Of a stretch of DNA of 64,000 bases, positions 43,279 to 50,725 are shown piece after piece. Position 1 is the first letter of the stretch; each line of letters opens with the position of its first letter. Below the pieces are notes generated by a model that ran no database searches, had not been told where the DNA came from, and saw only the letters and a list, made by a program, of their open reading frames with translations. This DNA comes from a virus (lineage: Duplodnaviria > Heunggongvirae > Uroviricota > Caudoviricetes), in the IMG/VR virus record IMGVR_UViG_3300037067_027627; one strand, given 5' to 3'. The position numbers were made by a program, and so were the translations under genes.

Positions 43279-43656
43279 CTATTTAAAATAAAAGTTTGGT
43301 TTGGAACGTACACGCACTGATTCGAGCCTTTCTTCCGCGCGTGCAATATCTATATCGACAATACTATCCCGGCCATCTAGGACATTTGCGATCTCCAATA
43401 AGTCATTCGCCATAGTACGCAGATCGTTTGCGATTGGGTGGAACCGTTCTTTCGACTTCTTGAGATCGAATATCGCATATGTTAACCAGTTGGAAGAGAT
43501 ATCACCGCTTGTCATCAGTTCACGGCACTCTGGATATTTATTCCCCATCACGTATACCTCCGGCTCCCCATTCTTAATCTGATTGAGAAGTTCGCGCACT
43601 TCCTGTTCTACGATCATGAGTTGCGCTTCAACCGGTAACTTCCTGCGTGATGCCAT
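43279..43656 (-). CDS. Hypothetical protein
   Basis: 125-aa ORF. Confidence 0.45.
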   Translation of the reverse strand: MASRRKLPVEAQLMIVEQEVRELLNQIKNGEPEVYVMGNKYPECRELMTSGDISSNWLTYAIFDLKKSKERFHPIANDLRTMANDLLEIANVLDGRDSIVDIDIARAEERLESVRVRSKPNFYFK

Positions 43657-43881
43657 ACTATATTGGAAGTTTCACTACTATTTAAATCAAACCCGGGTAA
43701 TGCAGATGTTTATAAAGATCCCCGTTCAACAATTTTATATGAAACCCGCATTAGTCCACAACAGGGGTGTCAAAAAATTTCGTAGAACAACCGCAACTGT
43801 ACAGTTTGGATGGTTGATCAAATCCGGTTTGGTGCTAATCGTACTTCTCGCTACTATCGTTGCCGTATCTGGTGTAATATC

Positions 43882-44505
43882 ATGAATGATAAAAAATACC
43901 GCGTCTTAGTATCAGATCCTCCGTGGGCATACTCGGATCACAACACAGGTGGATCATTCAAGTCTGGAAGTGGGCAGCATTACACAACTATGAAACCAGA
44001 GACTGTTGCAAAAATACGTGTTCAAGAGATTATGCAAGACGACTCTATTTGTTTACTGTGGATCACAACCCCGCTTCTCGATAAAGGATTCGATGTTCTG
44101 CGCGCGTGGGGTTACGATTACAAGACAACCATCACTTGGTATAAGGTTGATCGTCAAACTATGCGCGGAAGACTCGGACTTGGAAGATATTTCCGTGGAA
44201 TGACTGAGCACGTTCTTGTTGGAATACGTGGAAAAATCAAACCATTTGCTTGCCAGAGCCAGAACGTTATCATAGAAAAGCCCCGTGGTCATTCGCAGAA
44301 ACCCGAAGACTTCTGGAGACTTGTGGATCACGCGATGGGTGACATTAATCCACACCGGGATTTGCAATTCGTAGATCACACACTCGTTGATATCAACCCA
44401 GAACCCAGCATCGAACTATTCTGTCGTGGGGAACCCCGTCCTTACTGGGATGGTTGGGGAAACGAATGCGCCGGGAAACGAAAAGTAGAACTGGATATTT
44501 TATAA
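43882..44505 (+). CDS. MT-A70-family N6-adenine DNA methyltransferase
   Basis: DPPW catalytic motif in YRVLVSDPPWAYSD. Start placed at the MNDKKYR Met. Confidence 0.6.
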   Translation: MNDKKYRVLVSDPPWAYSDHNTGGSFKSGSGQHYTTMKPETVAKIRVQEIMQDDSICLLWITTPLLDKGFDVLRAWGYDYKTTITWYKVDRQTMRGRLGLGRYFRGMTEHVLVGIRGKIKPFACQSQNVIIEKPRGHSQKPEDFWRLVDHAMGDINPHRDLQFVDHTLVDINPEPSIELFCRGEPRPYWDGWGNECAGKRKVELDIL

Positions 44506-44507
44506 TT

Positions 44508-45356
44508 TTATATTGGTTGTGTACAACTCCGACACAACGGGATTATATCTTTGCATCCATTCGCATGTGCAAACCTGTATTTCTTTGCAAGATTACTGTT
44601 TACTGCTTCAAGCATAGACGTTTTGGTGACATCCCCCACATACAACTCACATTCCACATCAAAGCAGCAAATCCCAACTTTCCCATCACAATAAACTACG
44701 GCATTCGTGAACGGAACAGGGCACGGTTCCCTGTTCTCGCCCGTTCTCGTATGAACCCCATGCTGATTATTAAATGAGATTGGATGGAATGAAACGATAT
44801 CCCCACCAAATCTACGTATGAGTTCGTCACAATCTGGTTGTGTCACAAACCGCCCATCGTCTGTAGCCCCAATACATAGAATAACATTGGGCTTTCGCTT
44901 CCGGAACTGGTCTACCGCATACGCAACTTTATCAAGATTCTCGTATTTGAGCCCCATGACAGATTCGTATGTCTCCTTTGTCCCTGCGTATAGACTAAAG
45001 TTCAGGAAGTATAAGGTCTTAATGTTCAGTAATTTCTCCGTGTTCTCCGGTGTAAGGAGAGAACAATTCGTGGAAATCGATATCTTAGCATTCGGAGCGT
45101 GTTCAGAGATGTAATCACAAACCTCAAACAGACGGGGGTTCATCAAAGGTTCCCCATAGTAATATGGCATGATTTCATTGTACTCTCCAGCGGATCCAAC
45201 CTCGTCAATTATCTTCTTCCAGATAGATTCCGGCATTGGATGTACCGATCTCTTCCTGTGGTGGTAACTACAGAATTTGCATTTAGCATTACAATACGGG
45301 TATAAATCAAGCAGAATATTCGGGTAACGACTCTCCATCTGACACCTCTGTTTCAA
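44508..45356 (-). CDS. Radical SAM enzyme
   Basis: CxxxCxxC in YPYCNAKCKFCSY. A C-terminal Cys cluster (CDGKVGICCFDVEC) suggests an auxiliary Fe-S (SPASM/twitch-like) domain. Confidence 0.6.
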   Translation of the reverse strand: MKQRCQMESRYPNILLDLYPYCNAKCKFCSYHHRKRSVHPMPESIWKKIIDEVGSAGEYNEIMPYYYGEPLMNPRLFEVCDYISEHAPNAKISISTNCSLLTPENTEKLLNIKTLYFLNFSLYAGTKETYESVMGLKYENLDKVAYAVDQFRKRKPNVILCIGATDDGRFVTQPDCDELIRRFGGDIVSFHPISFNNQHGVHTRTGENREPCPVPFTNAVVYCDGKVGICCFDVECELYVGDVTKTSMLEAVNSNLAKKYRFAHANGCKDIIPLCRSCTQPI

Positions 45357-45708
45357 GTTTCACATATTTCGTAAGATACGCCATAGCAAGCGCATTTTGA
45401 CCCTGATATCTATATGCAATCGCAGCATCGTGCCATTTGGCTGACACATCTGCCATTTGTTTTATAGTATAGCACCCGCTATCTTCCATAGCAAAAAGTA
45501 GATACGCATACCCATAGGGGTTGTCAGGATCAAGTTGAATAACTCTTTCAAATAATTTGACCGGATCTTGCCCATTCAGTTTTGCCACCTCTCTGTCGCA
45601 CTTATCTTCAATCAATGATTTACCCTTTAAGAAGTCTATCACCGCAGAGTAATGATGAAACCCATATCGGCGCATCATTAATTCGGTGTAGGATCTTGTA
45701 TCATTCAT
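45307..45708 (-). CDS. Hypothetical protein
   Basis: 133-aa ORF. Confidence 0.4.
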   Translation of the reverse strand: MNDTRSYTELMMRRYGFHHYSAVIDFLKGKSLIEDKCDREVAKLNGQDPVKLFERVIQLDPDNPYGYAYLLFAMEDSGCYTIKQMADVSAKWHDAAIAYRYQGQNALAMAYLTKYVKLETEVSDGESLPEYSA

Positions 45709-45714
45709 TTAACA

Positions 45715-45942
45715 CTACCACTCTTTAAACATCCACCTGTTCAGGGAATGCCCCGATGGTATCTGAGCGCATACAAATATAAACACAATTGCCCCCAGAT
45801 ACCCATAAACTAACCAAATCAGTGCAACGATCGGATCCGGCTTTATATAAAACGATACTCCGATCAACCCAAATACCAAAACAATTATAGATTGGATCAC
45901 TTGGTATCTATATACAGTGCATTTAAATTTTGTCATGGTCAA
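45715..45942 (-). CDS. Small membrane protein
   Basis: 75 aa with two TM helices. Confidence 0.4.
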   Translation of the reverse strand: MTMTKFKCTVYRYQVIQSIIVLVFGLIGVSFYIKPDPIVALIWLVYGYLGAIVFIFVCAQIPSGHSLNRWMFKEW

Positions 45943-46288
45943 CCACGTTGTTTATACTCGATTCTATAGATTTGATCATACGCTGCGCAAACATCTGTTC
46001 GTTGTAATTCTCTGCAATACACGCATCGGATTCCCATTTGCGCAAATACGACTTCACATCTTCTAGGTTTCTTCCATTCTTTATCATAGATGGAATCAGG
46101 TATCGATATATCGGAATTGTGTTGTGACACATGTTGTCTGATAGAAGTGTCATAAATTCGCGTTCGGCGCGTGATGTGTCCCCGGATTCAAAACACATTA
46201 ATCCGACGTAGAACATCTCGAATGCCGGGTCGTTCTTATCGAACTTATACACCATCCGAACTTGTTCTTTATCATCAAACAGTCCCAT
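45923..46288 (-). CDS. Hypothetical protein
   Basis: 121-aa ORF. Confidence 0.4.
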   Translation of the reverse strand: MGLFDDKEQVRMVYKFDKNDPAFEMFYVGLMCFESGDTSRAEREFMTLLSDNMCHNTIPIYRYLIPSMIKNGRNLEDVKSYLRKWESDACIAENYNEQMFAQRMIKSIESSINNVVDHDKI

Positions 46289-46324
46289 TAATAAGTGTAC
46301 AGTGTATAATTTTAAATACCTTCG

Positions 46325-47089
46325 CTACCTAGTTAAAAATATCAGTAACAGAACCCCGGCTGCAATATATAAATTCTTATTATTTCCGTTACCGGCGTCT
46401 TCATATAAAACATACAACGGATTCTGCGGGGTAACAACAACCTCTGGAGTGACAACTTCTGGAGTAACGACTTCCGGGGTAACAACCTCTGGAATAACAA
46501 CCTCTGGAGTAACATTGCATCCTATTCCATAGCAATCACACCCCAGATAAGTGTTTACAAGATACGCATAATACTCTACAAGTATCGCGGTGTGATTCGA
46601 TCCACTACTATACCCGGATGCATCATTTGCGAACCCGGGGTAATGCGCAGAACCCGATGTACGCAAGTATTCGGTAAATCCGGCACGTTCGTTGCTCAGC
46701 ATATCATCAGCAGGGATATAGGAGCCAGTTGGAGTCCGATAGCAATGTATAATTTCATGCCACATGCGTGCGCCAGCTTCCCCGGGAGTATCATAACTCC
46801 AATGCCCAATCGAAGCCTGATACAACTCTCTTACTGCAATCCCTCCGATGTTCCATATAAATCGAGAATCCGATTGCGAAGAGATGATAATTGTATTGGG
46901 TGATACCGGAAACGGAACGGTGGAATTATTCGATGTCTTGTACACCCACATATTATCAAACGGCGTTTGAAAAACGAAATGTATACATGATGGAATGCCA
47001 GCGGATCCTATCCATCCACGTATTGTAGATTCCGTTATCGATGGATCAAGATTTATAACCGTCCACAAATTTTGAAACGCCATGTGCAA
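46325..47089 (-). CDS. Membrane-anchored putative zinc metalloprotease (HExxH) with a PEVV(T) tandem-repeat stalk and a C-terminal TM anchor
   Basis: HEIIH motif. (TPEVV)x5 is encoded by a 15-nt tandem repeat at ~46425-46500. Terminal hydrophobic segment LYIAAGVLLLIFL. Confidence 0.5.
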   Translation of the reverse strand: MHMAFQNLWTVINLDPSITESTIRGWIGSAGIPSCIHFVFQTPFDNMWVYKTSNNSTVPFPVSPNTIIISSQSDSRFIWNIGGIAVRELYQASIGHWSYDTPGEAGARMWHEIIHCYRTPTGSYIPADDMLSNERAGFTEYLRTSGSAHYPGFANDASGYSSGSNHTAILVEYYAYLVNTYLGCDCYGIGCNVTPEVVIPEVVTPEVVTPEVVTPEVVVTPQNPLYVLYEDAGNGNNKNLYIAAGVLLLIFLTR

Positions 47090-47145
47090 CGTTTCAGTAT
47101 AGCGCGTGGGTTATATTTAAATATATCCGGCGCACTCCTTATAGT

Positions 47146-47829
47146 ATGGCAACCCTTGCATGGAATATAAAGTTACTCGGTAACCTTACGGAGAGGGATT
47201 TTGCAGCATGGGCGAAAGCTGCTAATATCCCAACAATTTATAACTTCAATGTTACCACCGAGGATACTAAACGGGATACGTCTTACTGGGAGGATGAGCA
47301 TCAACCAAATACCATACTAGTTCCGGAAGACAACAATACGATCATCGTAGGAAGCAAAGAAAGCGCAGTGAGTTTCGAACCATATTGTTATGCTGGCAAC
47401 CGATGTATCATGATGGCCCAGCGCGATGATTTCACCACTGGGACAGAACTACTCGCGCTGATTCTTATATGCGATGGTCTTCTTAGCAAAGACGTTCTTA
47501 ACAAGCTAATGGATAACGTCGATCTCGGTACATGGATCCAGAAAAATCAACCTGACGCTCTCAACGCATATAACCATCGCGACACACTCGTTGCTTCCGA
47601 TGGGTATATAGACGAAAGCAATACAGAAGGAGAAAAGTTAAAGAACGCAACATGCCAATATGTTGTGAAGGTGCTAGGATTAGGGAAACCTGCGACAACG
47701 ACAACAACGACGACAACTACAACAACCACTCCGACAACGAAAACTTCGACGATGATGTATGTGCTTGGGGGTGGGGCACTTGTGGCTGCTCTCTTGGCGT
47801 ATTATGCTCACAAGAAATCCAGTCAGTAA
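47146..47829 (+). CDS. Membrane-anchored protein with a poly-Thr stalk and C-terminal TM anchor; distant paralog of 46325..47089
   Basis: TTTTTTTTTTTPTTKTS stalk, then MMYVLGGGALVAALLAYYAHKK. The N-terminal regions of the two align loosely (NIPTIYNF vs GIPSCIHF; NTIIVGSK vs NTIIISSQ). Confidence 0.5.
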   Translation: MATLAWNIKLLGNLTERDFAAWAKAANIPTIYNFNVTTEDTKRDTSYWEDEHQPNTILVPEDNNTIIVGSKESAVSFEPYCYAGNRCIMMAQRDDFTTGTELLALILICDGLLSKDVLNKLMDNVDLGTWIQKNQPDALNAYNHRDTLVASDGYIDESNTEGEKLKNATCQYVVKVLGLGKPATTTTTTTTTTTTPTTKTSTMMYVLGGGALVAALLAYYAHKKSSQ

Positions 47830-48008
47830 TATCCAACGGTATATACAATAATTCTCTTTTATCATTGATATACGTAAATCATATAACAGCGTACCAAGAA
47901 AGTCGCGCTGCTCTTACCAAATCAGAGATTTCAAAAACAAGAATGTGGGAAGATATGTACCGCAGACTGTCCCACCCAACAGAATGCGGAATGATAACAA
48001 TGGATTAG

Positions 48009-48452
48009 TTATTTTGTTCCAACGTTCTTTCCGCTTCTCCACAGATCCCAAGTATTCCACACTGCCCTCTGTTCTGCGATATTTAGAAACACCTGATAAA
48101 AGAACGGCTCGTCTTCTCCGAGATCAACGGTCGTCATATGATCTCCACGCATATTAACAAACTGCGACAAGAAAACTGAAAGAAGGCGATTATATTCTGT
48201 ATATAGGCACTCGGTATAACAATCTTTGACACGCGGGATAAGAGTCATCACATAATCCGGTTCGAAATTGTTCGACTCTATCATCTTCTGCAAATCACAT
48301 GTACACCCTTTCCCGAACATATCGCTCTTAATAATTTTAAACGCATTCAGCTCGGAGTGAACGAATTGCTTCCACTGGTCTAATAAGTCGTCGATATCGG
48401 TGAACCCGTTCGCGATCGTAGGATCATCTTCCATATCTGTGTACAATACCAT
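48009..48452 (-). CDS. Hypothetical protein
   Basis: 147-aa ORF. Confidence 0.45.
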   Translation of the reverse strand: MVLYTDMEDDPTIANGFTDIDDLLDQWKQFVHSELNAFKIIKSDMFGKGCTCDLQKMIESNNFEPDYVMTLIPRVKDCYTECLYTEYNRLLSVFLSQFVNMRGDHMTTVDLGEDEPFFYQVFLNIAEQRAVWNTWDLWRSGKNVGTK

Positions 48453-48515
48453 ACAAACATCCCTAGATAATTATGATGGATCGTCTTCGTTTAAAAATGT
48501 ATCTACGGGGGTATC

Positions 48516-49040
48516 TCATATCCCCATACTGAAATCGGCGCATATCTTAACCGTTCCTGATTTTGTTCCCTGTACACGAGCTGTTATAGGGTCGGTAGAC
48601 TGCGTTCCTCCAGCAATAATGGGTGGCGTTGTCACGTCAGCTATCCATTTCCCGGTCTCGTCTGTAATTCGCAATGTAGCCGCGCCAGCCCCGTTCCCTG
48701 TATTTTTAACAGTAACCACGATGGATGCCCAATCTGTCAAGCTGATTGTTGGAGGGGTTATCGTAATCCCAGTAATAACAAACGATGGTGATGTCACCGG
48801 CGCTTGCACATATACCGTCATATATAACGTCTCTGTAGAACGCCAAAGCATCACTGTGTAATTACCAGTGCTCGAATAAATATGACTGACACTCGCTGCA
48901 TCTTTCTGTGTTAATCCATCTCCAAAATCCCACCTGCGGTATGAGGTGTCCTGACTAGTATCAGTAAACGATACCACAGATTGTGCCGGTATGCCAACTA
49001 GTGGGTTTGTTGCTTGTGCAGGATTAACAATCAATGTCAT
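48516..49040 (-). CDS. PKD-domain protein
   Basis: WDFGDG motif in YRRWDFGDGLTQKDAASVSHIYSSTGNYTV. Confidence 0.55.
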   Translation of the reverse strand: MTLIVNPAQATNPLVGIPAQSVVSFTDTSQDTSYRRWDFGDGLTQKDAASVSHIYSSTGNYTVMLWRSTETLYMTVYVQAPVTSPSFVITGITITPPTISLTDWASIVVTVKNTGNGAGAATLRITDETGKWIADVTTPPIIAGGTQSTDPITARVQGTKSGTVKICADFSMGI

Positions 49041-49117
49041 GTTATCTTGTCACCTTAATTGAAATCGGCGGGATTGCGCCCGCCGAAACCGTTCGATTTT
49101 CACCGAAAATAATAAAT

Positions 49118-49552
49118 TTATTGGTTGATGTTGGTATCAGCCGTGTACTTGGGATCTTTTACCCAAACGGAGCAAGCCTTCTGGTTGTTGTGGTTCAATG
49201 TCTTGATCGCACCAACCTTCGTCTTGATAGTTACATCTGGATAGAATGTGTGCCCGTAGTACTTGGTGCTGCCCTGCGCATACTTGTAGGTATGTGAGAC
49301 AACCTCGTGCGCCTCTCCACCAACAAACGTGTCGAATGTTCCCTTGATCACATTCCCGTCGTCAGTCTTGAGTGCATATTCGGTCACAACCTGATCCCCG
49401 GATCCGGGGGTTGCCACGATTGTGAATGTTACTGTCAGCGGGGATAATCCACCAACATACGTCGGAAGAATATATACACCCGGTTCTACTGCCCCTGCGG
49501 GGACGATGTTTGTGCCTTCTGGCATGTAGTCAACCATTTGTCGATTCACCAA
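49118..49552 (-). CDS. Hypothetical protein
   Basis: 144-aa ORF. Confidence 0.45.
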   Translation of the reverse strand: MVNRQMVDYMPEGTNIVPAGAVEPGVYILPTYVGGLSPLTVTFTIVATPGSGDQVVTEYALKTDDGNVIKGTFDTFVGGEAHEVVSHTYKYAQGSTKYYGHTFYPDVTIKTKVGAIKTLNHNNQKACSVWVKDPKYTADTNINQ

Positions 49553-49609
49553 TCAGGTATATAGCATTCTTACATATTTAAAGATACCGTGCGGCAGGTA
49601 TATGAATTT

Positions 49610-49798
49610 TTATTCTGAATCCCCGGGATATGCGGTAATTCCAATAATTGCGAAAAGCGATAATATTATTATAAGCTTTCTGATGTTTTCTGAAAAATGC
49701 ATCGTTGAATAATGCACAGCAATAGCTATTGAGAATGCAGCAATGATAACAAAAATTGTATACCAATACAACCCGTACATGCAATGTTGCATTGACAC
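49610..49798 (-). CDS. Small membrane protein
   Basis: 62 aa with two hydrophobic helices. Confidence 0.35.
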   Translation of the reverse strand: MSMQHCMYGLYWYTIFVIIAAFSIAIAVHYSTMHFSENIRKLIIILSLFAIIGITAYPGDSE

Positions 49799-49804
49799 AT
49801 CTTC

Positions 49805-50677
49805 CTATATAATGTTTTCCTGTATCATGTAATGCTTGTTTACCATCACATCCCGTATACGTGCATCAAACTGCTCAAAATCGGTATACACATCACCGAT
49901 CTTTGAACTTCTCGATGAGTGTCCCAGAATCATATCAATTATCATGTCGTCGATTCCGCGAAGCCTGAATTGCGTCTGCAAGGTTTTTCTTCCTGTTTTT
50001 GCTGTAACCTTCATCCCGTCAACGGAGTAATGACCAAGACGGCGGGTTATCCATTTCCCATTCTCGGATACAGGAAGAGCAGAATACCATTTGTTCAAGT
50101 GCGGGGTTATCTTTTCATGCCATGCCAGAAACCGTTCCCGGTGCGTCTTGCACGTCATAATTACCATAGACCGCTTCTCCCAGTTTATATTGGCAGATCG
50201 CAACCACACTGCAAGCTCAGATGGACGAGCTCCAAAATAAAACTGCACAACCGCCCCGGAATATACCAGATCATTCTTTTCATTCTTTTCAATTGTTTGC
50301 AGCAGCGATCGTAATTCGTCTGGGGTGAGTGATACCTTTTCTCGTTTTGGCTTGACCTGCTTTGCACGCAGAATATTGATCTGATTAAATCGTTGTGTTT
50401 CACGCATCACATTCCCGCTATCTACCGGGAGGGAAGCGCACCTGAACTTCATATACCCTTTCAACGCGGCCAGAAATGCATTGTATGTGTTTTCATTTGC
50501 AATCGTATGCAAATACGATTCGGCATCAACCGTAGTAAACGTTGAAAAGTCACGTTTGGAATGCTTCAACCAGAACGAAAACTTCCCAAGCATTGATGCG
50601 TATAACTTCCCTGCGGAAATTCTATCAGTCCCAGCAAGATGAGCCGTATAATTCAGAATTTCAATTCTATCGTCCAT
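49805..50677 (-). CDS. Tyrosine recombinase / integrase
   Basis: C-terminal catalytic region ...MILGHSSRSSKIGDVYTD (H-x-x-R ... Y) with an upstream R. The size of 290 aa fits. Confidence 0.55.
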   Translation of the reverse strand: MDDRIEILNYTAHLAGTDRISAGKLYASMLGKFSFWLKHSKRDFSTFTTVDAESYLHTIANENTYNAFLAALKGYMKFRCASLPVDSGNVMRETQRFNQINILRAKQVKPKREKVSLTPDELRSLLQTIEKNEKNDLVYSGAVVQFYFGARPSELAVWLRSANINWEKRSMVIMTCKTHRERFLAWHEKITPHLNKWYSALPVSENGKWITRRLGHYSVDGMKVTAKTGRKTLQTQFRLRGIDDMIIDMILGHSSRSSKIGDVYTDFEQFDARIRDVMVNKHYMIQENII

Positions 50678-50725
50678 TTAATAGATGTAGACAAGATACA
50701 TTTAAAAAAGGGTAGTATGTGAGTA

